From: the human T2T-CHM13v2.0 reference genome, Homo sapiens
Length of the DNA: 64,000 nt
Assembly: GCF_009914755.1 (NCBI RefSeq)
Contig: NC_060926.1
Strand: one strand, 5' to 3'
The translations under genes and the position numbers were made by a program. This document shows, in pieces, positions 38,746-55,091 of the stretch; position 1 is the stretch's first letter, and every line of letters starts with the position of its first letter. The notes beneath the pieces were generated by a model. That model saw nothing but the letters and a program-made list of their open reading frames with translations. It made no database searches and was not told the DNA's origin.

Positions 38746-40891
38746 TAAGCTGACATTTTTGTTTCCCACAGATGTTTACACCAGAATGGCTGTTGCCTAT
38801 TTTGATTGGGCCAGTGTCTGAGGGCTGATTGTTTGGTGCCTGTATCATAACAGTTGTTAATAATTTGAATATATAATGTTTAAATATGTAGTTTGTCTTT
38901 GATCTTTTGACAACAGAGATAGCTTCATTTACCTAAAGGGGTACTGATTTTAAAAATTAATTCATTTGAATTTAAACACATCATATGCTAGACAAAACTT
39001 TTAGGGAAAGAATATGTATATATGTGCATGTAAACCACACAGACTGAAAGAGAAGCATTCAGTACATAAATTATTAGGCTCAAGTGGGAGTTTACTATAG
39101 AGTTAGCTGCTACTTATTTTCAGAATTTGATTTTATGTTTTGAATTGGAAGAATGCTGATCTGAGAGTCAAAAACTCTTAATTTTGAGCCATGGATGCAT
39201 AACCTTGGGTATGTTAATATTGGGCTTAGTTTACTGGTTTGCAAAATGAGATGAGTGGACAAAATATCTTTAAAGTCTATTCTAGGCATGAATTTTCATG
39301 ATTCTGCAGTATATGTTCCTTTTAACAAGTGAGACATTACCAGGACAAATATAGGAAAAACTGGTAGTATCCCCTTACCCCCTCACCCTCCTGAGTAACC
39401 AATTTAATATGCACTGAACATCCTCTATCATCCTTTTTGGCACACACAAACATATATAAACAAAAATAAATGTATGTAAGTTTTCTTGCTTGAAAAAAGT
39501 AAAAATATACATTCTTCAGATGTGTTTCTTTGCTAATAGACATCTGAATGTCTTTAGTTTTTATTTTTGTCACTATAAATAGTATTTCAGTAAACATCAT
39601 TGTAGAAGTATCACTATATGCTGATGCTTTTGGTTTTTTTCTGTCAGATACATTTTTGAAAATGGAATTTCTGGATCAAAGGTATATGCAGTTTTCATTT
39701 TAATAGATAATTGCTAATTTCTTTCTAAAATATTTATGGTGATTTAGAATGATAACAGTGCCAATTTCCCTGTATTCTTGCCAGCACTGAGTTAATATTT
39801 TGTTTTCTATTGCTGCTCATCTGAAGGCTAAAAATGATGCCATTTTTGTTTAATTTGAATTATCTAGATTTTGTTGGAAGAAGAAAAAAGAATTCTACTT
39901 GCATCTTTTCAAATGATGGGTCTGCATACCATCTACTATGAATTGGCAATTTGTAGCCTTTGCATATGTCCATTTTAAAATGATCAACTTTTGGATATTA
40001 TATATACTGTAAATATTTTTTCCAGTCTTTAGTTTGTCTTTCTGCTTATGGTTTACATAGCCAGATATACTTCCATTTTTTATAAAATAGGTAGTTTGTT
40101 TTCTGTCTTTCTTAAGTGAGAAGATCTTCACCAAGGGCTTCCTTCTGGAATTTTTATTGGTTTATTTAAAAATATTTAATTCACCTGGACTTTAAAAAAA
40201 AATGTATAAATAGTCTAAATTTGTATTTTTACATGGGGTTTTTAATGGAGACGTACTGAATTAAAAGCTCATTTTGTCATATATAAAGCTCTCATGTGTA
40301 CTTGGATGTAATTCTAGATTCCCTGCTCTGTTCTCTAGATTTGCTTATTCATGTGCCAGTGCTATACTATTCTGACAGCTTCATAGCAAGTTTTAATGGC
40401 TGTAGAATTATATTAAATATGTATATTAATTTGGAATGGTTAAAATATGAATATAATATGGTGTCTTCCCATTCAGTATCATTTTGTGCCTCTCCATTTA
40501 ATAATATATTATTGTTTTCTTTGTATAGCCCCTGCATGTTCCAGAAATGTCAACCTTTTATTGTTATACGAATGTTTTGATTTTATTTCCATTTCTAGCT
40601 GTATTGATGAAAAGTTAAACTACTGATTTTGGTATATTTATCTCATAGACAGCCCTTATTAAATTTTCTTATTAATTCTATTAGTTTTTCAATAGAGTCT
40701 CTTCAGTTTTCTAGCCACGTTATATCTGCAAATACAGATGATTTTGTTTCTTCTTTTTCAACATTCATAGCAAATATTTTATTTTTTATGGTATTGCAAT
40801 TGCTAGAAACTCCAAAAGAATGCTGAATAACCATTGTCTGAGTGGATATTCCTACATTGTTCTGGATTTGAACAAAAATGGCTTCAGTATT

Positions 40892-41565
<674 letters not shown>

Positions 41566-44500
41566 AGTTTGTTTATGTCAGATATGCTTTAGCATACTTA
41601 TTTTCCTTCTAGTCATGTTTTACTTAGAGTTTCTTACACAGGGCTAACTGTTGGATTTTTTCAATGGACTTTTGGATGCCTAATTATAGAATCATATGAC
41701 TTTTTGCTTATATTTATATGTATATTGTATATTCCAATGATGAACAATATTTTTATTCCTAATGAAAATTCTATTTTGTTATCATATTATTATTTTAACA
41801 TAACTGCTGAATTGACTTGTTACTGCATCATTTATAATTTTGCATCTGTTTTCATAAGATAATTTATCTATAAATTTACAAACTGTTTTGTCAGGATTTT
41901 AAAATTTGGACTGTCATAATTTTAGGAAATAATTAGAGAACTTTCTTTTTCGGTTGTATGGAATAGTTTAAATAGTAGGCAGATTATCTGATCTTCAAGA
42001 TTTTAAAATGCCATTTATTTGACTATAACTCTTTTGGTGTGCTAAAATATATTTTGAGGGATATTACATTTGCTAGAAATGAAATTTGTTCAAAGTTCAT
42101 TTCTGCCCTAAAAAGCATGTATGGCAGAACTGAAAAGGGGCATGCTTATTTCCACTAAGGAAGCATGCTGAAAGTCTCTCTACATCAGACAATTTCCACA
42201 AAGCAATTTTGTAGGAAAAATAAATAAGAACAACCCAAACGAGGAATTTATATCACCATAATTTACTGAAACAGAATCTTTAAAGTGGGGGAACCAAGGA
42301 AATTAAACCTACTAGGAAAGTTTTATGTTGTTCTGATATGGGAGTAAGACCATGTATATTTCATTGTAAGCACAGAGTTGTAGAAATTAATATGCCATTT
42401 GATAGGAGAGAGTGAAAATGACTTCTATATAGATCCATTCCACTGAGACTGATAACAAATTATTTATTTATGAAATATCTACATCTTGGACCATACAAAA
42501 TGACCCATTCATAATTGACCCATTCTTCAAGACCATAAACTATTTTAGCATAAATGCACACCTTGGAAATCTTTCCTTATTCACCTAGTTTCATTTCAAT
42601 AGCACTGCTTTGCCTTTGTTTAATTGAAAATTAATTATCTTACAGGCAAGTCCCAGACTCCTATCCAGGAAATATTGCCTCATTTATTTTTTTCTTTGCC
42701 TTGACCGATTATAACTTCTGGAATCCACTGAGATTTTCATATTGTGTAGTTAATTATTTTGCATAATTTGGAACCAAAGTCTATTCTGGTAACAATTGTC
42801 TGTGATTTTAAAGCTATTTCCTGAATAGTCTCTGTCATTCTGTAAGAAGACTGCAGGTCTAATACAGATGTTTGAATTGTTAGTTTCCATCTCTAAGATC
42901 ATACCACAAAGATTTTTGTGAAGCAAAGACATTAACATAGTCCAAAAAGCAATTTAAAATCTGAACAATCAGCATAAGGGAAAGTGAGATGTTCCATGTA
43001 GTCTTCATAATTGCTCTGAACCAATATATCCTAAAGGAATGTGCACAGATACACTTTTGAGAAAAAAAATTTATGAGCATCGGATGAAGAAAGATTCTGT
43101 GCATTTCAACTCATCAGGGAGAAAAGAGCATGTGTCCTATTTTATTCAGATATGTAATAAAATTATGTAGAAAAATCACAAAGACCAGCAAAATCCCTGA
43201 ATGCTCTCTATGCACTCAGGGATTTTTATTTTATACACTCTTATTTTTATTTGAGGTTTTAAAACTAGAAAATTTGGATATTAAGTTTTCAATTAGAGAT
43301 ACACATGAAAATATATTTCTCTGGATCATGAACATAGAATTAGAAAAGAACATAGACATGGGAGGCCTGAGGTGAGTGTGGAAGCAATAGGCAAGCTTCA
43401 GAGAAAAAGACTAGAAATTTTAACTATGAGATTAAGAGCTCAAAGGGAGAGACTATGTAATTTTTGAAATGTCAATTAAAAAATTATTAGGCTGTGTATT
43501 TTTCTTCTTCTGAGAGGCATTTTAAAAAATGCTTAGATACTTCTAAACATTGATTTTTGTTTAACATTCATTTTTAATTAGATATTTAATTGTTAGATAT
43601 TAGAGATCAATTTTTTGTTGTTATTGGGGTGAACTGGAATATTACTAAAATCAACTAAATATTCTTAGTTTTAACTTTCTTATGAAGGTAATGCATTCTG
43701 AGAGTAATGTTTGTGCATTTGTGTTACACAGAGGAGCTCACTTTCAACATGAATATAGTTTCTATTTCTATTTAATTCATTATGTATTCTTCATATTATT
43801 TCTGTATTATTAACTAGATTGACAATACCACATAAGTGATTGCTGGCATTTTTAAGATGTGTTTAAGATGCTTTCATATCTCTATAATTCCAGCATGATA
43901 TTTATAAAACTCCAAGCATATTTGGTAAGGAATTAATAAACTATTTAAAACAACACCTTCAATCGCACATTAATTAGTTTAGCTTGTGAAAGCTTTCTGT
44001 TTTGATCAGGATGTAGAGGCAATTGTGTTTAAAAAAAAAAAACACAGAAGAAAACCTACAAATAGGGAAAGGTTGAGGCTTGCTAATGTGGAAACCAGAT
44101 CTAGTTGCTTAAAAAAGAAAAGTATGTAGGAAGAGCCTCTAATTTTCACTACTCTCTTTGGGCTTGGAGAAATGCCCAGGTTAGTGACAAAGGGAACTTT
44201 GGGAAAAGACTCTAAATCTACCATAAGAAAGAAAATGGAAAATCAGATGGATGGCTTCATTAAAAACATAAGCCATCTAGAATTTTTGAGAGTTCAAGGA
44301 ATAATAGCAGGATTTCTATTGATTTTTTTCCCAAATTGAAATATTACTATGATTTAACAATTTCAATTATTTTGAAAATAAGCGGCAAGGTAGCTGTAAG
44401 CCAGTAACTATAGTCAAACTCATTATGAATCTGGTTTTTTGGGGGGCCAGTTTTCACATACTCTCAGTAAGGGGTCTTGAAACCTTATTGTCTTCTCTGA

Positions 44501-44577
44501 TCTTTATCACTTTTTGAAGCACAATTTCTCTTGCATCCACCTTTTATTTTTCAGATGCTATCTTATGATACCTAGGC

Positions 44578-45054
<477 letters not shown>

Positions 45055-45117
45055 GTCTCTAGGATACTGAAATAGCCAGTTACATTATTATATATCACTA
45101 GATTGATCTTTCAATAA

Positions 45118-45381
45118 CAGGGGTCTCCATCCCCAGGCTGCGTACCGGTACTGGTCCGTGGCCTGTTAGGAACTGGGCGGCACAGCAGGAGGTGAGCCGG
45201 GTCCAGCTAGCTTACCGCCTGAGCTCCGCCTCCTGTCAGATGCCTCCCATCAGATCAGCCTTGGCATAGATTCTCACAGGAGCACGAACCCTATTGTGAA
45301 CTGCGCATGTCAGGGATCTAGGCTGCGCCCTGCTTAATGCCTGATGATCTGAGGTGGGAGAGTTTCATCCCGAAACCATCC
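45118..45381 (+). mobile_element. MER1B-like hAT-Charlie DNA transposon (3' truncated)
   Basis: ggtactggtccgtggcctgttaggaactggg...gagctccgcctcctgtcagat...gaaccctattgtgaactgc...tttcatcccgaaaccatcc. Confidence 0.85.
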
Positions 45382-45419
45382 GTGGTTCTCTGGTATCGTC
45401 TTCCTTAGGTTTAATTAGC

Positions 45420-47450
45420 AACGTTATACTTAACGTTTCGAAGTGTTCTTTCTTTTTCTATGTTTTGGAACAACCTAAGCAGAATTAGGATTATCTGGTA
45501 TTTGAGGGTTTGATAGAATTCCCATGTGCAGCTATCTGGGCCTGCTGACCTTTTAGTGAAGTGACTTTTTTTCATAGATTTTTTCCTAAGAAAATTAGTC
45601 TACTTATGCTACTTATATTTAATGGGATCAATTTTGATCAATTGTATTTACTGGGAAATTCCTATTTTATCGCTATATTATTTTCATAGAGTTGTACAAA
45701 AGTTTCTTAAAACATTTTGATGTTCTCTCTTTTAATTTCCTCTGTTCATTTTCTATTGTGCGTATTTAGGTTTTTCTCCTTCTTATCCCCACATAATTTA
45801 CCAAGTGATTTACCCCTGAAAGAACCAACATTTTAATTTCTTAATTCTATTTTTTCTAATAATTAATTTCTGCTTTCATTATTACCATTTTTTTCCTGCA
45901 CTTTCTTATGGTTTACATTGTTTGTTTTTCCTAGGATTTTGGGCTGAAATTTTAATTCATTTATTTTTATTCATATGTATTAAGACTATAAATTTCCCTG
46001 TGATCATGGCTTTGATTATAACCCATATATTCTGAGAGGTAATATTTTTATCATTGTTACATAAAGAAATCTGCAATTTCATTTAGTATTTCCCTTTTTA
46101 CCAAAGGGTTTTTTAGCAAAGAGTTTTTGCATTTTTCAGCTGGAAAAGCTATTTTGTTTTGTTTTCATTTGTTTTTCTTATTAATTTCTGTTTATATTGT
46201 ACTCTGATCAGAAAATGTGGTTTGAATTATTTCTACTTTATGGAAATTATTGAAGATTTCTATGTGATATTATATACGGTCAATTTATGCAAATATTCCA
46301 TATGACCTTGAGAAGGAGGTATGTAAAATATTATTGGTGATAAAATTCAAAATATATTCATAAAATCTACCTTATTGGCTAAGTGATAAGTATTTTATAC
46401 CCTTCCTTGTTTTTTGTCCACTTGATTTTCTTGGCCAGGGAATGATACATTCAAGTTTCATATTATTGGTTTGTTTTTGACCATTTCTCTTGGAATTTCC
46501 TGTGGTTTCTGCTTTATAAAGGTGGTGGTTGTATTCATGGCTATTTAAAAAACTCAATTTTCTTTTTGAACAATATGATCTTTTTCATTTTAACGTGTCC
46601 CCCCTTGTCTCATTTAATACTTTTGAACATGATTTATACTTTGTTCAATATCAAGATCATCAACCCTGCCGTTTTACTGCCTACATTTGCTTAGTATAAC
46701 TTGTCCATACATTTATTTTTAGCATTCTTGAATCTCTTTAAGTGTGTCTATAGCATGTAGTATAGAGTTGGGTTTTACTTTGTGACCCAATCTGAAAATC
46801 TCTGTAATAGGTAAGTTAAGCTCATATACATATATTAATATGAGTAATATGTTTGGTCTCAATGTGTCATATTGTTTTTTATATTTACTATATATGTTAT
46901 AGTTGCTATGTTTCTCCATGTGGTTTGTTTCCTTGTTTTTTTTGTTTTTTTTTTGAGATGGGGAGAGGGTGCAGTATTTAATTTGATATTTAGGAAAGTT
47001 TGTATTTTTCTAGTGGTTACTTTTCTACTAATACCTTTTATATTGCTGTTAGTCTCTTTATGCCTTATTTAGGCTTCTACTGTTTGGTTGGTAAGTTTAA
47101 AATGATTTTCTTTTATCACTATATGATATTCAGTATGTATATTTCACTTTTCCTTTCTTTCTCTTTTATGCTCCCATTTTGTAGTTGTGTATTTTTTTTA
47201 CTTTGTCAGAATATATACATTACATATTATTCTTTTACCTCCTTTCCCACTTTCTTCTAGTCTTAGATCTACAATTTAATATATTTATTAAATATATTCA
47301 GTGCTACCAGATGGCTTTCTTTTTGCTGGTTTCCCCATTCGTAAATGATGGGATGAAACTCTCTAGCAGATTCCTAAAGAAGGACTCTCACGAGAACTGT
47401 ATTCTTGGGTTGTTGCATATTTAAATTTTTCTTCTATCACCTTGACTCTC
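45420..47450 (-). mobile_element. Old L1 (L1ME-like) ORF2/ORF1 fragments
   Basis: tgatagaattcccatgtgcagctatctgggcctg, aaagaaccaac, ctataaatttccct, tgatcagaaaatgtgg, ttgtgacccaatctgaaaatctctg. Confidence 0.65.
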
Positions 47451-48873
47451 TATGTTTAGGAGTGAGAGACTTGGGTGGTTTAATGGGATTCTTGGTTTGA
47501 GAATGCCTTATCCTACTGTACAGTGAAGTACAGTTTCTTTGATAGATGGGACATTTTGCAGAGGAAAGTTGATGTATATCTTCCAGTTCTGATTCTCTTT
47601 GGTTTCTTCTTCATCTTCCTTCATTTCTGACGCTTCCTTCTACTTTCTCTTCACCACTAAGTCTCCAAGGGCTCCACCTCCCTGTCCCTCCCAGGCCATA
47701 TCTTCCTAAGACTGCCACCTCTGGCACTGCACACGTTTTTGTCCCTTCCTTTTACTTCTCCAGGAGCCAGGGTTCTGATTCACTAGGTTGCATCCCTGTT
47801 TTCAGTATTTCTCCACTCCAGGCAGAATTTCCTCCTTCTGGGGGTCACTTTTTGTTTTTCTGGGTTCTGCTGCTGTTGAGTCCTACCACCCTCTCCTCAT
47901 GGGCCCTGGTGTGGCCCCACAACTTTGCTGAGTCTCTCCTCACATGTAAACTGGAGTGTGTCACACGGTCTATTTCCCAAGTACACTGTAGACATGGGTT
48001 ATAGGTAGTTTTATTTGCTCTCTTTTTGGATCAGCGTGGTTTGTTTTGGAGAATGTGAACACAGATTTAAATTTAGGTAGTCACCATCAGCCTGCGGGAT
48101 GTTGAAGGGCAATGAACACCACTTTTTTATTTCAGTAGTTTGAGCCCATTATATTGTAAGAACTTTGGGGGCACCTCTTACAGTATCAGGCTTGTAGTAA
48201 ATTATAACTAAGTAGCTAATGGCTAAATGAATTAATAGATATTATAATTCACCTTGCTTTAGCAAAAGAGATTATGGAGGAGCTATTCTAATATTTAGAA
48301 CAAAATAATTATAATCATGTTTTCCTTGTCTAAACTTCCTTAGTTGCTGACTCAATGGCTTAATTGCTGATAGTCTATCAGTGATATAATATTACAGAAA
48401 CTGAATACAGAAATTTTTTAATTCACTTGGATACAATTCTGAGAGGATAAAGTGAGGTGAGCCCATATCAGGATAGAAAACAATGTGGTAAAGATGATTG
48501 TCTCTTAATAATTCATGAGGTGAGATAAAAAATTTTAGGTAAAGAATGGAATAAGCTATGTAGTTGTATTTCTTTGATTAAAAAATTCACATATATTAAG
48601 CTGTCTTCTTTTAGCTACTTGGAAGGATGTCATGTAAGAAAAAAACTTGAAAAATGCATGGAAACTTGCCAATGATTTTGATCAAAGATTGTTGGCAGAC
48701 TGAGGGAAGTGTGTGATAAAGTAAATGTTGCCAAATAACTTCTATGTTTATAGTAGATGGTTTTCTTAAACTTAATTGTGTAGTTCTGTGATGACACAAA
48801 AACAGAGGAACTCAAAAAGAGGAATCAGTGCCACTTTCAGGGGACAGAACCAGCAGTGGCTCCTATCACTCTT

Positions 48874-49052
48874 CAGAGCAGAACTTTCTGTGATGATGAG
48901 CATGTTCCATATCTGGGCTGTCCAGTATTAGCCACCAGTCATATATGGAGAATGGACTGAGAAACTAAATTTTAAACTTGCTTATTTTAATTAGTTTATG
49001 TTTAAATTAAGTGGCCACATGTAGTCCGTGGCTACTGTATTGGATGCTGCAA
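48874..49052 (+). mobile_element. MER3 hAT MITE
   Basis: agaactttctgtgatgatg...gctgtccagta...gccacatgtag...gtggctactgtattgga. Confidence 0.8.
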
Positions 49053-49865
49053 GTGTCCAGAGAGACACATTCATGGTTTCAGGCTTGAAGTTATCTAGTT
49101 TGGGTGAGAGACAAAGAATAAAAGAGGAATTTGAGGGGAATGAGGAAGTAGGGCTATCTATCAATATCCATCTATCCATTTGAGAAAGGAAGAGAGGGAC
49201 TGGTTTTTGATGGGGGGAGAAAAGGGGAATGTGCTTTCTTACTCTTGGGTAAGTCCAGGACTACTTGTACAAAGTGTCAAAGACCTTCACTTGTTGCCTC
49301 TGCTGTTTTGTATTAGGCTCCAATATATACATTTATGCACATCTCTACTATTCTTATTATTACTTCGTATTAGTGAAACCCATGGATAGGATATTACTTG
49401 GTGAATTGGATATTTTGAATGCTAAGCTAAGGAACACACACACATACACATTCATACTAAATCCACATTTGTCCATCCTCATATGTGTCCTGCTGTTAAT
49501 CCAGGAGGTATATACAGACTTGTTAACCACATCTGTGGTTTACCAATCTGCTGGGTTGCCTAGGGCTTAGGCTAGGATATAGGACCCAGACTTCCTCAGT
49601 TTGAATACTGGAGCCTCCCCTTATTGGGTGTGTAATTCTTGGATAGATACTTAACGCTTGCATCAGTTACCCCATGGTGCTACAGTGAAGATTAAGTGAA
49701 CTTATATTTGTAAAGTGTATATAACAGTGTCTTACACTATTTATTGAACACATTAACCTTAAAATTTTTTAAGAGATTAGATGCTACCTTTATCTATGCC
49801 ATTTCCTCATTCATCAGAACATATGCAAATACCTGTCACATGGTGGACATCAAAAACACCCATCA

Positions 49866-50146
49866 GGCCGGGTGCAGTGGCTCACACCTGTAATCCTAGC
49901 ACTTTGGGAGGCTAAGGCGAGTGGATCATTTGAGTCCAGGAGTTCAAGACCAGCTTGGCAAACATTGTGAACCCTGTCTCTACTAAAAATACAAAACAAT
50001 TAGCTGGGCATGGTGGTGCACACCTGTAACTCCACCTACTCGGTAGGCTGAGGTAGGAGAATCACTTGAACCCAGAAGGCGGAGGAGGTGATATCATGCC
50101 ACTGCACTCCAGCCTGGGTGACAGAGCAAGATTCTGTCAAACAAAC
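49866..50146 (+). mobile_element. Alu (J/S) with a small right-arm deletion
   Basis: GGCCGGGTGCAGTGG start; degenerate TSD aaacacccatca/aagcaccatca. Confidence 0.92.
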
Positions 50147-50879
50147 AAGCACCATCAAGTAACCAACCAGGTTGCTGGTGGTTTAGTAGGCTTTATGCCT
50201 GATAGCCTTCATCTCCAGGGCTCAAGATGGTTGCATAAGCCTTTTTGCTTTCCAGCACTAGGCAAAGAGAGAGAAGAAATGGTGAGGTCTTTATTGAGAT
50301 CAGTTTGACTTACGGCAAATAGAAAAAACATGTCTGACTTTGCCATTAAATACCTTCCAACTTAGCAATCCTGAGACAAACCTGTTTGCAAAATGTAACT
50401 AGGTACCCAGGTTAGGCTGGTGGAATGTTCATTATTCCGTTGCTAAGGATCTAAGCCTATTCATGGTGTCCTATTTTTAGAGTATACAAGAATGAATCAG
50501 AGACCTATGATTAATTATTAATGATTGTGAAATAACACTGTTGGATGACAGAAAGTTGAAAGTTTTAATAACAGCTGCTTTGAGACTTTTAACAAACACA
50601 TAAAAGGAATTTTAAAGTTATGTTTTTTCTTTTTGGAATGTTGCTTGTTTTGAAATATGTTTTTCCCTAAATGTCTATGGTTTAGTCCTATCTTGAAAAG
50701 AAAAGAACCTGGCAATAAGAATCTTTGAAAAGATTAATTATATCTCTTCATTGGTGTGCAAACTAAATTCTTAAAATTTGTAAATGTCTGGCAGCCTGTC
50801 AGATTAATTTTTTTCAGTTTGGTTTTTAGTGTCTATAATTAGTTTATTGATCACTTACTATGCCCAGCCTCTGTTCTCT

Positions 50880-51330
50880 CTAAGTTAAGTAGATGAGAAA
50901 ACTCAGGACTAGAAAGGTTCAATACTTGGTTAAGCTCACACAGGTAGTAAGGGATGGATTTGATCCCTAGAAGTCTGACTCAAGAGGCTATTCTCTTAAC
51001 ACTGAGTCATTTTCTGGTTCACATCATACATCATTAAGCAAGAACATGGAACGATTTCATTGTGCACTGTTTCATTCTTCCAAAACTTACTATAAACTCA
51101 TTTGTTTAACAAACACTGAACACACACTATATTAATCACAAATCATTTTATTGAGTATATATTAGCTAATGATTTAAATATATCTTCTTATTTAACCCTT
51201 ATAGCAAACTCATGAAATAGCTTAGTAGCTTAGAGAACTTAAATGACCTGCCAGTGTCTCACAGCAAGTGACTGTGGAGGCAGGAGTTGAAGGCAGGGAT
51301 TCCAACTCCAGTCCTGATGCTCTCAACACA
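50880..51330 (-). mobile_element. MIR fragments
   Basis: agatgagaaaactcagg...ggatttgatccctag...ctgactc; ttaaatgacctgcc...tcacagcaag. Confidence 0.55.
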
Positions 51331-51656
51331 TGACAAGCAAGGAACTGTGCACTCAGTGCTGTAGAGCATGGAAATAGCATAAATCGCATAACTTTTTTTC
51401 AAAGAACATGGGTTTTACTTTTGCTGTTAAGATATGTACACAAATAACTCTGACATGTATGGGAGGAGTTTAATACTCCTAGTGGTACCAATAACATGAT
51501 ATTGGTCAGAGAGAGGAATTACTTTGGACAAAACAGGAGAAACCTAATAGAAAAGGATATTTGAGCCTAAAAGAAAGTGACGTTTGGAAAAGGAGAGATT
51601 TAGGAGATAACATTCAGGTAGTGAAAACTACCAAGAGAAATTTGAAAGGGGAAAAA

Positions 51657-51769
51657 AAATCGCTTGAACCCGAGAGGCGGAAGTTGCAGTGAGCCAAGAT
51701 CGTGCTGCTTCACTCCAGCCTGGGCGACAGAGCAAGACTCCGTCTCAAAAAAAAAAAAAAAAAAAAAAA
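51657..51769 (+). mobile_element. 5'-truncated Alu (3' part of the right arm)
   Basis: aatcgcttgaacccgagaggcgg...gactccgtctc followed by a pure A tail. Confidence 0.92.
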
Positions 51770-52279
51770 GAAATCACTACAGTTGTGTCATGCATAAGCT
51801 GGTTTCCATTTTAAAAACACAGTTAATACAGGCATTTTCTTCCCAACGTTGACATTTGCATCAGTTTCCCCATGATCTGATGAGCATCTGGGGATTCTCA
51901 ATATAGGCTTATTGAATGAATGAAGGAAATATTAGATATTGCTAATACAGGCAATGAAGATATGGTAAAGTTCCAGAAGAGAAAAACTATTTCCTGTTCT
52001 CTTAGAGCATGTGGAATATGGAAGAGAGGCAAGTAAAGCAAGTAAGTGAAGTGTACAGGCTTGTCTAATGGTGATAGTGTTACCATCTGACTCAAAGCGA
52101 GGGATGGGGATGGATGGAGAGTCAAGGGCAGGAGTAAGGCAGGTTGCTATTTCAAATAGGGTGATGAGAGAAGGTTTACCAAAGAGGTGACCCAAAGGAC
52201 CTGAAGGAGGTGAAAGAGTGAGCTAGGCAGGTGGAAGAGCAAGTATAAAGACCACATTTTAATACATTTTGCTTTAAGA

Positions 52280-52520
52280 ACTTCCTACTTGAAGGCGTGT
52301 ACCAGATAAATTCTTTTACCCACTAGCCCTCAGCCCCCAGGATCCATTCTTCATCCTCCATCCTTCTCCACCCTTTTTTTCTGCCACAGGAAATGGGTTG
52401 TATGGACTACATCAACAGGGAACCTTGCATGTTGGCTTACAGTTAGGTTTAGCTGATGGGGGGCGCTGGCATGTAATCAGAGAGAGGGAAATGAGTGACG
52501 TCTGTGTATTTATTCTGTCT
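52280..52520 (+). mobile_element. ERVL LTR33-like fragment
   Basis: tatggactacatcaacaggg...ccttgc...ggtttagctgatggg...gtatttattc. Confidence 0.55.
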
Positions 52521-53803
52521 TCTGAATAATATAGGGCATAAGGAAATAATCATTAGTCCTGTTTTAGAGAGTAAAAATCTGAAGCAGTAAAAGGTTACGT
52601 CTCTTTTGTCATGTAAGGTAACACAGTCTCAGTTTCCAGGAATTAGGCTGTGGACATCTTTGAGGGGGCCATTGTTATGTTTGTCACTCTGAGACTGACT
52701 TTCTTCCTTCAGGTGCTTCTGAGCTGCTCTGTGTGTTACTCACTCTCAGCTGGGACGTTGCTGCCTTGGTTGAGGGCTTTAATTTCTGACCACAGAATTA
52801 CTAATCCTGGTCTTTGTTTCAATATTTATTGATGAATAGGGCTTAGCTCTTTCTAATTCTGCATGATTTCATTCATTCATTCAATGATTAAACTGAGTCT
52901 TATCAATTTATTTTATTGAAAGTGGTGCTATTTTCAAAAAATTCTATAAAATATTAGCTGATTATCTTATACAAATATAAATTGTTACAAGTTGGAGGAA
53001 TGAAATAATTTATTTCATTTTTAGTCATTATTTGCTATCCAATGATAGGGATATTATCATTATCATTATTATGATTGTGTGGGAAGAATTGCTTTTTCCT
53101 TAGAGCCTAATCTAAAAGCAGATTTCTTTCCTGTTAGGTAATACTGTGGGACTATCTGTATAATCACCATCAAACATCACTCCTTAGCAAGGAGTTGAGA
53201 GTATTGTGGTTTCACCATGTCATGTCCAATAGTCTAAAGGTGGAAATAGGATTTCCTCAATAAGGACAAAATGGCTCAGGGCCAAAATGAAAACATCACT
53301 CAGCACTTTTTTTTTTTTTTTACTTTTATAGTCAATGCAAAGAAAAAAATGCTAAATTCTAGGACCATTACCCTATGGAAACCATCTCTACAATATAAAA
53401 TGCCTATTCAATCAGAATCATTAAAAAAATATGGAATCAGAAACTAGAGGAAAAATGAGAGTTTCATAGACAATTCCCCTTCTAGTGCAAGTGAAAACCC
53501 TGGGGCCCAGAGGGGAAGTGACTTGCCTAAGGTCAAACAATTTATTAGAACCAAACTACGACTAAACTCAATTTAATTCTTCTGACTCTCAAAGAGGAAA
53601 CATACTCAAAAGATGCATGGAGTGAATTAGGCAATATGCATTGAACATTCCTATAGAAATATGGCTGTGAGGTTTAAAACAATGATGTTGCAGAAGTAAT
53701 TTCTTGTAGACTTCTTGTTTTGTTTTCTGTTTTCCTATCTTTGTGACTATTGCAAAATATTACATGTATTCTTATGCATGTGTAATACAAAAGGTGCTCT
53801 TCT

Positions 53804-54131
<328 letters not shown>

Positions 54132-55091
54132 CTAGGTTCTCTTATATATAACAAACAATAGAAATGTGGTGACTGTCTTTGAAGGCTTTGGGCAAAGCCA
54201 TGGGAAATTCAATTCCAATATAAATTAATACATGAAATGAACCAAATGGGTGGTTCAGGACTTCTCTATGTATGAGGAGTCATCAGTGTAACTTATAAAA
54301 GAAATAAGAAAATAAGTGAATCTTGAAGATTGTTGATATGTCATGACATACGTGTCATCAGCTCAGGGAAGTAAGGATGTATAAAGAAAAAAAAGTTTGC
54401 CTAAACAGGAACAGAAGATGAAGGAATTTAGATGACTCCAAACCTCAGCTAAGTCCACATATTCCATTTTGGCCTGTTTCTAACTCATTATTCAGTGCTT
54501 CTTCTTCAGTATCCTTCTCTGTAGTCACTGAAGATGTTTAAGTGGAGATATGACATTATTAAATTAATTCTTGATGATGTTTTATTTATCAAACTGTGCT
54601 GAATGTTGTGGATTTGATTTGATTTGGAAGAGAGTCCAGATGGAAGGTGAGCAGATAAGAGGTGAAGAAAATAGTCTAAACCCAAAATATTCAGGGCAGT
54701 GGGAATGAAGACATTGTAAAGAATCAATAGACGCCATCACACAGGAATGCTCTGGACTGCCAAGCACAGCATCTCTGAGACTCTGGTCATCTGTACCCCT
54801 TTTTTCCTCTGACTGCAATAGTAGACTCTTCCTACTCCAATCAAAGACTTATCTCTCCTATGTTCTGAATGTCATCCTTTCTCACTTGCTCAAGAATATT
54901 ATTACACTTTGAATCTTTTCTCTAACCTCTATGCTGACTTTCTCCCTCATTGTGGACCCTTTAAATATTCTGAAATCTCTGCCATTTTAAAAACAAAAGT
55001 TAAGCTTTTTGAAAGAAGTATCTAGGCTTGCTGCTTACAGCTCTTCAGTTATATACAATCAAACATTTTGCATTTCATGATTTTTTTTACC

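Noticed and set aside
54337-54350. Perfect 14-bp palindrome TATGTCATGACATA
   Set aside because: Several palindromes of this length are expected by chance in 64 kb.
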